Shown: positions 39,626 through 51,444, counted from the stretch's first letter. The stretch: 64,000 nucleotides of DNA from Nemertoderma westbladi (GCA_032718475.1 JAUCBJ010007706.1:1-64000), one strand, 5' to 3'. A program made the numbers and translations. The notes: generated by a model not told the origin, from the sequence alone.

Positions 39626-41437
39626 GACGACAGTAGGCAATCATCCCAGGCATGGAAATCGATTAATCTGCTTACTGGGCGGAAAAGCCAACCAACCACC
39701 AAGGTTAAGGCTGAATCACCAGCCGATCGCCTCAATGGTTGGAAAGCCCACTTTGAAAAGCTCCTCAATAATGACAGGGTATTGCCTGATAACTTTATAG
39801 AAGTAAAAGTGTCTGAGTCTGTACTCCCAGATATTCCCATTGGCGATATCTCCTTTGCAGAAGTGAAGGCTGCTGCAAAGAGCATTAAGACCAATCGTGC
39901 CAGTGGAGTAGATGGTGTTCCCCCTGAGGTCTTTAAAATACCTGAGTGTTTAAAGCTCATCTATCCCATCATAGTAGACATGTACCGAACAACAAGAGTC
40001 CCACAAGAAATGAAAACAAATAAGTTGGTGCCAGTTCCCAAGAAGGGCAACCTAACACTCTATGGTTCTTTTCGGGGAATCTCATTGATCTCGATTGCTG
40101 CAAAGCTATACAATAGGATTCTATTAAATCGTATCAGGGATCCCATTGAGAGACTGCTCCGTGGAAATCAGAATGGGTTCCGTAAAGGTCGTGGGACCAT
40201 GGAGCCCATTTTGGCACTTAGAAGGATAATTGAAGAGTTATCAAAAAAGAAAGACAGGCATCTGGCTGTTATCTTTGTTGACTTCTTCAAGGCCTTTGAT
40301 TCAGTCTCTCGCTCACGTACTGTATGTTCAGCATACTTTCATTATATGGGATTCCTGATGAAATTATTGCAGCAATCAGATCAGTATACGATGGTTCGAC
40401 AACATTTGTGTCTACTGTTGACGGTGACACAGAACCATTTTAAGTGTTATGGGGCGTCCTCCAAGGAGACACACTTGCACCATTCTTGTTCATTATTGTG
40501 GTTGACTATGTTCTACGCATGTCCTTAGATCATTATAATGATGATGGGGTGATGATAACTCTACCTACTGGCTCCAGAAGTCGAGGAAATCCTGCCAAGT
40601 ACCTAACTGATCTAGACTTTGCTGATGACTTAGGAGTACTCTCAGAATCATTAGAGGGAACTCAACGGCTCCTCAGCTCATTAGAACATGCTGCTTCTAG
40701 TGTTGGTCTTTTTATTAACTCCAGAAAGACCAAAATTCTGACAGTTAACTTTGAAAGTCCTCAGCAAGTCTCTGATCGGATGAGCATAAGCTCAAAGGAT
40801 GGTATGCTTGAGCATGTGGACGACTTCTGTTACCTGGGATCATGGATCCGGAAGTCAGGTGAGGACCTTCGAATACGTAAGGGAAAGGCATGGGCAGCCT
40901 TGAATAGGCTTTCCAGGATTTGGAAGTCACCGAGAATTAATCGGAAACTTAAGGTCCGATTATTTAGAGCAGCAGTAGTTCCAGTACTCCTCTACGGGAG
41001 TCCATGCTGGGCTCTAACTGCTGAGGACACCAAATCTCTGGATGGCACATTCACAAGAATGCTACGCCGGGTTCATTGTGTCAAGTACAATGCATACATC
41101 TCCAACCAGACACTATATAACATTGGAGGTGTCTCATTGGTTCCCCCAAGCTTGACACTAGAACAAAATTGCCTCCGCTTTGCAGGACATTGCTTTTGCC
41201 GTGAGGACCAGCCAGTGCATAATCTTGTACTTTGGCAGCCTCATGGCGTGAATAAGCATGGTGGACAGCCCATGACTTTCTTGAGACGCATCTTAAAGGA
41301 CACTGGCCTTGAAGATGCGGATGATCTAGCAAATGTCATGGGTGATAGGGAGTTGTTGCGGTGCAATTTTGTTGACAAGCCGGCACAGCATTCTTAAAAA
41401 TGCAGCTGCAATGCAGCATGCCGATCCTAGTAGTAGT
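39626..41437 (+). mobile_element. RTE-clade LINE, 5'-truncated copy 2 (full RT domain, disrupted)
   Basis: ASGVDGVPPE, PVPKKG, FRGISL, QNGFRKGR, DFFKAFD, FADD. A 5-nt insertion at ~40320 and TAA at 40441 disrupt it. Ends in cctagtagtagta. Confidence 0.95.
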
Positions 41438-41656
41438 AACGTACAGGTCGCACTAATGAAACACCTCCAGTGCTGTGTACGTACAGGTCACACTAATGAG
41501 ATACTTCCAGTACTGAAGCTACATAGTACCCTCTTGTTGTTTATATTATCAAATGAGCAAAAGGCGGGAAATTTAAACCATACAAGGGAATTAAATAATA
41601 TAAAATAACCAAACTGATTTTGAAATTGTTTATGATACCGGTATGAGTTCCTGACT

Positions 41657-42677
41657 CTACTGTCCCACCCTTGTGTCGGCGTTGGCCAGCAAGATGGACG
41701 GCGATGCTTCTGCCCCAACAAATACTGGGCGTTTCCATGCCGATCTCGACCCTCTTATGCACATCAGGGAGGCCCGCAGCAGCGCGAAGCTGAACTGCCT
41801 CCGCACCCAGCTATCGCACTCCGAGTAGCGCAGCTCGCGCCGGTCCGCCAGCTTTGAAGCGAGGTGCTTCACGAACAGCGTCGTGGAGGGAGATATTCCC
41901 CCCAACGCTGAGAATATCAGCGGGGTGAACGTGGCGTGCTCGACTTCCCGGATCCGTTCCAGATATTTGTTGCGTTTCCGGGTTTCGTGGAATAGGTGGG
42001 CTGCGTCGACGTCCATTGCGGCATTGGTCGGGGCGAGGGGGTTGAAGACGGATACATCTATGTACGTCTTTTGATATCGATTCCCCCAGAACCCGGAGAC
42101 CGACACGTCCAACCGAGCTTGTTGGTCCACGGAAGTGGACGTGCGGGAGAACTGCTCGCCGGTGATTGGCTGCAGGTGCGGCTCGATGGCAACGTTATGA
42201 GCGACCTCGGTTAACGTTGTGGCGACGAAATCCCGGAGCTCGTTGTGCCTAATTGACGGGTAACCGCCGGTGGGACAAGACAAGATGTGGTTTGTTGAAA
42301 ATCTTGTCCCACAGGCACAACGGGCTGGGAGCGACTCGGGCTGCCACCCATAACGCAGACACAATGCGTCGCGGAACTCCTCTTTAGTTAGGTGGGTATC
42401 GTGGAGGGTTATGGGGCGCGCGTTGAGCCAGGCCGAGGCGCCAGGTTCCGCCACGAGCTCCGTCAACCTCCGTTGATTCTCGGGTAGGTCCGAACTAACC
42501 GACTCCACCTTCTCCTTCAGTGCCGGCACGGCCCTCGCCTTGATCCGGGTGGCGATGAACTTTTGCGCCTCCCTTATAGCGACCGGTTCCACGGCCTCCG
42601 TAAACGGTTCGCAGATCCACCTGGAGTTGCCGTTTTCGATTCGTAAGTCCTCGGGAGTCGGGATCGCTAGCCCGCTG
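41657..42677 (-). mobile_element. CRE-like non-LTR retrotransposon 3' fragment (CCHC knuckle plus restriction-like endonuclease)
   Basis: GLAIP, GASAWL, FRDALCLRYG, CACG...HILSC, IRHNELRD, ARLDV...YIDV, KRNKY, FTPLIFSALGG. The frame is open and the GC content is much higher than in the flanks. RT is absent (5'-truncated). Confidence 0.85.
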
Positions 42678-43924
42678 TAAAAGCTTTTGTGGGATAACTG
42701 ATACGTTTGCCTATGCTGGCCAGTTCCCCCCAGGCGCTGGAATACTCTAAAAAAGGTTTTCTAACTGTATATATATTCCCCTCGCCCTCAAGGTACCTTT
42801 ACAGGTGTTTTAACGGACATAAAAATCATTCTGCTATATACGTGTTTTAGCGGACATGGTAAGACAAAAAACTTGTAATGCATCAACCACCTTTCACAGT
42901 TTAGCTGTGATGATTCATATTACGACATCTAGCAGCTGGTTGCTGACATGGAAACAGCCATTGGCCGCGTGGTTCTTTGTTTGGCTTGGGCCAATCAGGG
43001 CGGTTTTTCCTGTCGACGTGTAGCTTTTTAGTCGATCATAAGGAGAGTGTTCAGTCTTACTGTTTTTTCTTGATACTTTGTTGTTATTGCTGTCTAAGCC
43101 AGAAACACCGGCATTTTTGGATAGATACTGCTGTACCGTAAACTGCTTGAATTATCGAAAGTATAAACTGTTACCTAACTAAACTCACTGACTTAAATCA
43201 CTCATCTCACCTTGATACTTTTAATTGCATTGATCATATTGTTTGTACTGTTATTTTACCGTCAGTTATTAAATTGTAAATATTTGTTGATGGAAATATT
43301 GCTATTTGGATAATACGGATAAATCACCCAATTCCCAATTTTCTTGATAACACTACAGGTTAGAGAGACCGGCTATATATAACAATTGCGATTTATATTA
43401 ATGTGGTGTGTATTGAATCCAATGTTATTTAGCAGACCCTACGTGAGTCAATTACTGCTCTCTTTATGTGTGATCAAATGTACTGACTGTCGGCAGAATA
43501 GTGTGTATGATTGTGATTGGTAACAAAGTATTTCCTAAAGAATACGCTTTATACTTCAATCCCAAGCAGTATCGTTGCGTTTAGTATAAGTCTTAGTTCT
43601 GTTTAAATAGATAAAGCGCCACGTCCTAAAGGAACTGTTAATATTTCCCGAAAGCCAATAATATCTGTCAGAGATTAATTATTAACTATCTATCGAATAA
43701 TACATTAGGTATACACTGCAACCTTACACTGTAATAATACAATTCAAGCATCCGAATTCAGTCTCCCGGGTGTAGATCCATCGGGTGAATGATCGCGCAT
43801 GGGCTGACTTCGGCTAATGTTTTGCGTATTAGCATAAATTATTGTCGTATGCTAAAGTGGTTTTAATTAACTAAAAGACATATAAATTTTGGCAGGTTAA
43901 ACTGCTAAAGGTCTTCGAAAGCGC

Positions 43925-44120
43925 GAACAGTAACAGTTTATATTGTATTGCAGTGTAAGCATTAAATACAGTTTAATACTGTTCTGTCGAACAGTAACAG
44001 TTTATAATCTTATTGCAGTAAGCAATAAGGTTGCAAGTGTAGGCATTAAATACAGTAAAATACTGTTCTGTCGAACAGTAACAGTTTACAATCTTATTGC
44101 AGTAGGCAATAAGGTTGCAA
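43925..44120. repeat. ~70-bp tandem repeat, ~2.7 copies
   Basis: cgaacagtaacagttta.a.tcttattgcagta.gca recurs three times. Confidence 0.8.
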
Positions 44121-44428
44121 AATACCGTAGTGACCGGTAAAACTGAACCGGTACTTTGTAGGTCAGTAGGCCTAACTGTCATCACCGGTACCGGTACTGC
44201 TGTACAAGTACATTTAGTATTATTCGATTTGATTATTGTATACTGGTGGGTCTTAGTAATTAATCAGGGACTGCAGCCCTGAATTTTTATTGAGATTTTA
44301 CCTATTTCTGTCGGTTTTATTTCCTAGTAGGCTAATATTGAGCAGAAGGCGTGTGACCCTGCTCAGATTGTTCAGATAATTGTAGGCTGAGCTGCTGTCT
44401 GACTGTTGTTGAGTTTGGAGAGATTACG

Positions 44429-44945
44429 GCGTGTGTAGAGTTTGTCTGATAAAGTGCCGTTAGTAAGTTGGGGCAGTCATAACTGTAAGGTCAATCCCCT
44501 CTTAAAGAGTAAGTCGTACTACCGTGTTAGCACGCATACTAACTAACAGTTTCAGAGTCTGCATATACTGTAGTTTATCTAGGCTTGATCGTAGTCTGCC
44601 AGTGTTTTAGCCTGTGCTTGTTTGTGTGGTCTGTTCAGGTACCGTAATAGTTATTACTCAAATATTTGTAGGCTGGATTGTTGTCTAGCTATTTTTGGGT
44701 CTGAAGGGATTGCTGCGTGTGTAGAGTTGGTCTGATCAAGTGCCGTTAGTAAGTTGGGGCAGTCAACACTGTAAGGTCAATCCCCTCTTAAAGAGTAAGT
44801 CGTACTACCGTGTTAGCACGCATACTAACTAACAGTTTCAGAATCTGCACATACAGTAGTTTGTTTAGGCTTGATAGTAGTCTGCCAGCGTTTGGTTTGT
44901 ATTTGTTTGAGTATTCTGTACGGGTAGCGTAATATTTATTATTCA
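44429..44945. repeat. Direct tandem duplication, 286-bp period
   Basis: gcgtgtgtagagtt.gtctgat.aagtgccgttagtaagttggggcagtca at 44429 and 44715. Confidence 0.9.
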
Positions 44946-46255
44946 GAGTTTATGCGATTATTCGCAACATTCATGTCCCCAAGTTTATTCCTACAGTAAT
45001 TGTGCTTGTTATACATACCGTTATAGTTAAACTAACCCCGGTACTACATCAGGGCTGCTTGGCGTAGGTAAAGACTGACGACTTTGTGCTTCGGTCACTC
45101 CAGCAGATGCCGTGGTTCTTTTAACTGTTCAAGTATATTTAACTACTGATTATTTGTTATACCGGTACTTGTACCTAATTTAGGGTTTAGAGTACAGTGC
45201 CTTCCGAAGTAATTAGTGTAGGCAGTATATTTGTGTTGTAAAGTGGTTGATAGGCACATTCGTTAGCTCTATTAACTTCTGGATAGGAACAATCCGTGAT
45301 ACATAACGTTGTACCTATAGCGATACGGTTATAGGTCGTCAGGCGGTGGTATTTTCCTATCTGGACAGTACAATATATTTACTACTACTTATTATTTTAA
45401 ATACCGTAGTACCCTGTCCTTTGTAATAGCCAGAAATCTAACCCTTTGTTGGACTGGTTTGTAGACTTCCTGTAAAATTACCCTAAAAATTTCGTACGTA
45501 ATATTTTGTTGTGTTTAATTAGAGAATTAATCTCACCCGTATCGTAAGTAATTCGTAGTATTAAGTAACTTAGGTAAATTAGAATTATCAGTTTTAGTGT
45601 CAAATAAATAGCACTTCACTGAGAAGCGTTCAGCTTCTGTGTAGTGACTTCCCCAGAAATAATAACATTTATTTCAAACATTGTCAAAAACCCTTTTAAA
45701 CGGGTATATATCTATTATAAATCAACTCAAACGATTTATAAATAGTAGGCCTGCCATACAACGACTAGGTCTCACTGTCAGTTGGACTACTGCTTAAATA
45801 ACGGTAATAAAGTAAGTTAAAGTAACGAAGTAACCCCAAAATATTCAGAAATTCAATTATTCTAAAAATAATTGACATACCGGTACTTACCATAGGCTTA
45901 TTATATTTATTTCTATAAATTTGAGCTGAAATCATACCGGTACTCTGTAATTAATTCTAGTCCAGAATTATACTTATATACTATAAGTGTAAGCTGTATA
46001 CCGGTATTCATTATAGGCCTACTATATATATATATATATTTGTGCTAAAATTATATACCGGTACTCTGTGACAAATCTAGTCTGTAATAATACTTATATA
46101 TTATAAGCATACCGGTATTCTAATATATTGTATATATATCACGTTCCACTGAGTAACGGTACCGGTAATAAATCGCTAGGCTTGCGGTCATACTGAATTA
46201 CTAGACTTGCTTTAACTGAAACTATAGTAGTAGACATTCAACTGTATAACTAAAC

Positions 46256-49200
46256 ATGTCTGACACTCAGCAAAACCTGTCGGACAGTCTGATCGAGACC
46301 ACTATCTGTGATTCAGATAGGAGAGTGGAGCGAATAATAGAGAAGCTCGGCTCACCTCCTACTGTAAAAAAGGTCATCCCTCCAGTAGTATCAGACCCTA
46401 GGCTAGTCCACCATAGGTCCATCATAGGCACTCGGGCACAGGTAAAACGGGACCAAGAGGCAGCTGTCCTATCGCAGCAACATCTTGGTCAAGAACCTAC
46501 TTCCCAGAGACCGGATAGCTCCAGCAGTTCGGATACTGTAGAGTTGACTCCCGAACATGGAGTACAGATGGCTGATACAGTCTACTCGGACCCCCTTCTT
46601 ACTCTTCCTGCTGCAGTACTAACTACTATACTCATTGCGGTGGAGGAACATCAAGCCGACTGGGCGAAGAATAAGCAAGCGACCCAAGATGATTACGCGG
46701 GATACGCCAGGGAAGAATTGATATCTGTTGTTGAATCACAATGGAACTTTCCCGGACTCGGACTCCCGTTGGACCTGTCTGAGGCTACTTGGGAAGATAT
46801 ACACAGGATGGGAGTGGCAAAAGATACAATGGATCCAGCTGTTTGGAAGAGGTCGGCAGCAGGATATGTGCAGGGATTCTTCGGATCCTTGGAGCGATTG
46901 GAAGGGCAGCTGTTTCGACAACCTCACGGACCTCAAGAGCAGGAAGAACTGCTATATCAAATACGCGAAAGAACCCTACGCATTCGACTAATCCTCTCAG
47001 CCTTTGAGGAAACTTCCAAAAGAAGACAGGACACGTCGCTGCAGGTTGCTGTCAAAACTTGGCTACATCGGGTAGATCTCAAAATACAGGAAACAGCCCA
47101 TTGGAAATCCCAACTGGCTGAGAGATCAACCTATGAGGAACCAACTGATGTCACCGAACCAACTGATGTCACCCTTGCTCAAGCGGAAAGCGAAGAGGCC
47201 GCCGAGAAACCGCAAACTAGAGACGCTATCGACATTTATTTGTCCGACTATCAGCGATTTCTAGGAGACGAAGAGTTGAGGAGACGGCTACATGGACTTT
47301 CCCCTAGTAGTGAAGGAACCAAGCTTATACTGGACGCGATCGATACTGAAATGATAGCTGCAAACCAAGCTGAATGTGATGAAAAACTCCGTCTCACTAG
47401 AGTCCGAGAAGAACAAATAAAGAAAAGAAGGATAGAGGAACAAAAAACGGCGGCTATGGCGGCGGCTATAGCAGAGGCAGAAGCAGAAAGTAAAGCAGCA
47501 AAGACGGTGGCAAAGGCAAATGCAGAAGCAGAAAGAAAGGCAGCGGCTGCAGAGGCAGAGGCAGAAGTAGAAGCAAAAAGAAAAGTGGCAAAGGCAGTGG
47601 CAGAAGCAGAAAGGAGAGCATCTGAGCAGACTACCCAACTGGAGTTAGAAAATCTGCAAGAGACACAAGACAGTATAAATAAACAGTATACTGCTAATCA
47701 GATGCAGATGATGAGAAAATCTACTCCCAAGCGCCAAGGGTACACATCATCGGAGGAAGGCGATACTACAGACCCTGAAGGCGGAGGAGATAGATCTCAT
47801 CTAAGTAGGCGTAGAAAAACATATTACCGTCGTAAATTGCCTGATTTGCCCCCAGCTGTTAAAAGACAGCTAACTAGCACAGATTTAGGTAGGGCAGAAC
47901 CTATAGAACAATTTATCCAGGTCAAAAGACTCCCTACTATAGTCGATGAACCTGAAATAATTAGGCCTGTAATTCCCAAAGTCACTTCTGTGCTAGAGAC
48001 CCCTACACTTCCAGAGCTTAACTCTAAATTCCCTTTACATAGCACTACACTGCCTGTACCCGGTGGAACAGCCCATGCAAACACCCCTGTCCAGATAGCA
48101 GAGAGAGAAATCAATAATTTGTCTCCCGTCGTCCCGCGTCAGCCCGCTACTATGTTGGCGACTCCCGCTTCGGCGGTTGAGTGGGTGGAAGAGGGACGGC
48201 GGGGGATGAATCTTCTGCTAGGACAGATGCAGGAGACTGTCCACCAACTTAAGGGAACAGTGAGGGAAAGTAGAGCAGAGTTGCAAGAAGTGCAGCAAAG
48301 TATCGCGCTAGAACGCGACAAATTAGTCAATATACAAAAGGGCATACCAATACCCCCTGTAACATTGTGCCAACCTGTTAGGTCTGAAGTATTACATGCG
48401 CAAGGTGTGGAGCCTACACGCATCTATACTGCTAGTGAAGTTGAAACTCCTATAGCAAACCCTATTAAGGGTGATGATAGACCTGTTATTAATGATATTC
48501 CCTATAGACCTGATAATGATCCGAGAAATTTGTATACCGATAATTCGATATTAAATAACACGATGGCCCAAGAAAGCTTTACGCGTCAGATGGCTAGAAC
48601 AGAAGCCCGCCAAGCGGTCAAAGTGGGAGAGATCGTCAAATTCAATGGAGATGAGATGAAATGGTTACCTTTCAACGAATATTACAAAGATAGCATACAG
48701 AACTCTGTACTATCTAACGGAGAGAAACTTAGATTTCTCATCAAGTGTTTGGAAGGACCTCCCAAGTTAATGGCGTTAAAGTTTATTGGACATCCAGATG
48801 GATTAAGACAAGTTTGGGATACATTAAACATCAGGTATGGTAACAAAGATAACATAGCTAAGTATTTGTATACAAAATTGGTAGCCCCCCGACACTTCCT
48901 TAGTAGTGGGATTATAGAGTTTTCCGATGAAATACAAGAGATCTGTAGACAACTGGACTGGTTAGGTAAGTCGCACGAATACCAGAGTTCCATGGTTATT
49001 GGAGCCGTAGTCTCTACTTTACCAAAGGGTGGAGTATGCACACGCTGGGACAAGAAAGTGTTGTACATGAATGACCAACAACGACGAAGCCCTACCATGG
49101 CTGATCTCATGTCTTTCTTAGATAGTGAAGTAAAATTACAACTCATAAGGCAGGCCAGAGAGAAAACATCGGAAAATAAGGTAAGTGAGAAACCCGATTC

Positions 49201-50899
49201 TAGGAGAAGGATAATACCAGTGTGTTATACTGACGACGGCGAAAGCCAAGCTTCTCAAGAAGAAGACAGCGGGAAAGACACAGCAAAATCTTACTATGAC
49301 AACAAGACCTATAAAGACGTAAGTAAATACAAGTCTCGAACCAGTGACAAGAGAGAACAGGTAACAACAACTCCTCCTACGTCTCCTAAGAGAATTCACG
49401 GAAGAAAGCCCGAAGAAAGAACGAGAGTGCATAACGTTAACCAAGTTAAGGTGAGTAACATCAAACCAAAATGTGCGCTGTGCGACGGGCCTCACCGTTT
49501 GAGTGCGTGTGCTGAATTTCTAAAGAAATCCCCTGTAGACAGACGTACAGTCCTGTGGAATAAGCGGTTATGCTATAATTGCCTCAGATCAGGACACCAA
49601 CGGCGAACCTGTTACTCCGACGTAAAGTGTGCAAAGTGTGGCGCGAAACATCACATCTTGTTACACAGTGAGTTCGAACGAGACAACCCGAGTCAGGTAA
49701 GTGAGCCCGAACTACATGTCCAATTCAGTGATGTGAACGACACTGACCAAGGTTCTGAGTGGGAAGGATTCTATACAGACGAATTCTCCGATGCCAACGA
49801 ATCCTGTTATCTAATAAATACCACAGTGTATCGAGCACTTACGGATGAAAAGGACACTGACGAGTTTACTCCAACTCCTTTTGACAAACAACCATCTTGG
49901 AAAGTTCCAACTTCCAACATAGGAATAAGAGAATTTCCTGTAGTGCAAGTTCGAGTTCATGGTCCCAACAAGAGTTACATAGTGAACGCCCTACTTGACT
50001 CCGGCAGCACAGGAACATTCATCGATCAAGAACTAGCCGAAGATATCTTTGCTGGACAACCCAAGTTCCGGACTAAATTGAATATGTCAGGAATTATGCA
50101 GGTTTGGAAATCTACCCTAACGGCAGATTACTATGTAGGTGCGTTGTCCACCCCCCAGGATAAGTTAGGAACACAAGGTGTAAGGTCAGTAAAAATGGTG
50201 GCTATAAAGAACTTTGCTACTACTCAAGCAGACCTTTATAATTGGGACGAAGATGAGAGCGTCCAACATCTTAAGATACCTCGATTCCAGACAGATTATC
50301 CTGGAGTGCAAATACTTATCGGCCAAAACGCGCATGAGGCGCTCGAGCCATTAGAGAAACGGCCTGCTCAACCACAGCCACTACAAACCTATGCGGTAAG
50401 AACTAGAGTAGGTTGGTACTTCACTGGCCCTTCCCGTAGAACTCTCAAAGAGAGATTACCTCAACAACAGGTATACCAAGTAAAGGGGGAAGTGGAGAGC
50501 AGTGATGTGGACGACCCAACTGAGGGAACACCATACTCCTCAGATAATGACGATATTAACTCCAATGTAGATCAATGGAGACATTGCCTTGGGACGATTA
50601 ATCCAGCCGACATCGCTTCCAGAGGAGCAACTCCTCAAGAACTGATAGATACTCCAGGCTGGTTAGGTGGATCCGACTTCTTAAGTAAAGAAGAAGAAGA
50701 ATGGCCTCCTCATCTTACCACGGCGGAGAGTAGACAGGCCAAGGGAGCGGAGAAACTAACACAACCACTCAATCGCCCAGCTAGTCGTTTATGTTTACTG
50801 GAAAGAGACCGAAAACTGTCCGGAAACTATGGAAGGCAAGATACTCTTCCTACGACCACTTCCCTAATCCGACAAATATCTAGGGACTCCATAACGTAA
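46256..50899 (+). CDS. BEL/Pao LTR-retrotransposon Gag-protease polyprotein, 1547 aa, with RT/RNase H/integrase deleted in frame
   Basis: DUF1759-like KFNGDEMKWLPF...LSNGEKLRFLIKCLEG; three BEL-type knuckles CALCDGPHRLSAC, CYNCLRSGHQRRTC, CAKCGAKHHILLH; protease ALLDSGS...ILIGQN...TRVGW; RNase H tail QWRHCLGTINPADIASRG...WLGGSDFL...WP; integrase-end-like RPASRLCLLE. Confidence 0.9.
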   Translation: MSDTQQNLSDSLIETTICDSDRRVERIIEKLGSPPTVKKVIPPVVSDPRLVHHRSIIGTRAQVKRDQEAAVLSQQHLGQEPTSQRPDSSSSSDTVELTPEHGVQMADTVYSDPLLTLPAAVLTTILIAVEEHQADWAKNKQATQDDYAGYAREELISVVESQWNFPGLGLPLDLSEATWEDIHRMGVAKDTMDPAVWKRSAAGYVQGFFGSLERLEGQLFRQPHGPQEQEELLYQIRERTLRIRLILSAFEETSKRRQDTSLQVAVKTWLHRVDLKIQETAHWKSQLAERSTYEEPTDVTEPTDVTLAQAESEEAAEKPQTRDAIDIYLSDYQRFLGDEELRRRLHGLSPSSEGTKLILDAIDTEMIAANQAECDEKLRLTRVREEQIKKRRIEEQKTAAMAAAIAEAEAESKAAKTVAKANAEAERKAAAAEAEAEVEAKRKVAKAVAEAERRASEQTTQLELENLQETQDSINKQYTANQMQMMRKSTPKRQGYTSSEEGDTTDPEGGGDRSHLSRRRKTYYRRKLPDLPPAVKRQLTSTDLGRAEPIEQFIQVKRLPTIVDEPEIIRPVIPKVTSVLETPTLPELNSKFPLHSTTLPVPGGTAHANTPVQIAEREINNLSPVVPRQPATMLATPASAVEWVEEGRRGMNLLLGQMQETVHQLKGTVRESRAELQEVQQSIALERDKLVNIQKGIPIPPVTLCQPVRSEVLHAQGVEPTRIYTASEVETPIANPIKGDDRPVINDIPYRPDNDPRNLYTDNSILNNTMAQESFTRQMARTEARQAVKVGEIVKFNGDEMKWLPFNEYYKDSIQNSVLSNGEKLRFLIKCLEGPPKLMALKFIGHPDGLRQVWDTLNIRYGNKDNIAKYLYTKLVAPRHFLSSGIIEFSDEIQEICRQLDWLGKSHEYQSSMVIGAVVSTLPKGGVCTRWDKKVLYMNDQQRRSPTMADLMSFLDSEVKLQLIRQAREKTSENKVSEKPDSRRRIIPVCYTDDGESQASQEEDSGKDTAKSYYDNKTYKDVSKYKSRTSDKREQVTTTPPTSPKRIHGRKPEERTRVHNVNQVKVSNIKPKCALCDGPHRLSACAEFLKKSPVDRRTVLWNKRLCYNCLRSGHQRRTCYSDVKCAKCGAKHHILLHSEFERDNPSQVSEPELHVQFSDVNDTDQGSEWEGFYTDEFSDANESCYLINTTVYRALTDEKDTDEFTPTPFDKQPSWKVPTSNIGIREFPVVQVRVHGPNKSYIVNALLDSGSTGTFIDQELAEDIFAGQPKFRTKLNMSGIMQVWKSTLTADYYVGALSTPQDKLGTQGVRSVKMVAIKNFATTQADLYNWDEDESVQHLKIPRFQTDYPGVQILIGQNAHEALEPLEKRPAQPQPLQTYAVRTRVGWYFTGPSRRTLKERLPQQQVYQVKGEVESSDVDDPTEGTPYSSDNDDINSNVDQWRHCLGTINPADIASRGATPQELIDTPGWLGGSDFLSKEEEEWPPHLTTAESRQAKGAEKLTQPLNRPASRLCLLERDRKLSGNYGRQDTLPTTTSLIRQISRDSIT

Positions 50900-51444
50900 T
50901 AACATATGGAGTGGGCGTGTGACTATATCATTTTATATTTGTTTTTATTTTATATTTATGTATGTATTATTATGTAATTTTATTATAATCGTTTTCTTTA
51001 ATTTTATTTAGTAGAATGTTATTTTAGAATATTTAGTAAATTAGTGCAATATATTAGTGTTTATTACGTACATAATTACTTATAATATATATTTAGTGCG
51101 ACGGCAAGAAGTAATTATTTTCTCTTTCCTTACTGTCCGTATTATATTATAAATGCGAGACTATAGTAAGATGACATGTCAGTACTTCTTAAAGTACAGT
51201 AAAGCCACTATTATATTTAAGTATTATTGGTAGGCAGAGTATTAGGAATGCAAAGTTCAGATCCTCGTGTCTCGGCTAAACCAAGCTCTGGGTAGACCTT
51301 GGAAACGACTTGCCTCTTCACACTGACATTGCTTCGTGCGATATTGCTCTTCTACCTTATAACAAATAATACATATAGTAGCGTGATGTCCCTCTAACAG
51401 TAGCGTCAATCGCAAATAAATCTGTTAAACTTTTGACCATCTGT

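Larger units (their letters stand above)
42875..46255 (+). mobile_element. Putative 5' LTR and long leader of the BEL/Pao element (boundaries uncertain)
   Basis: TGT starts at 42875/42907, CCAAT-like boxes at ~42960-42996, and non-coding sequence with internal tandem duplications up to the Gag ATG. No second LTR copy or clear PBS was found. Confidence 0.3.

Noticed and set aside
43340-43380. Possible LTR end and primer-binding site (…cactaca ggttagagagacc)
   Set aside because: No TGG-type tRNA complement is recognisable and there is no second LTR in the window to confirm the boundary.
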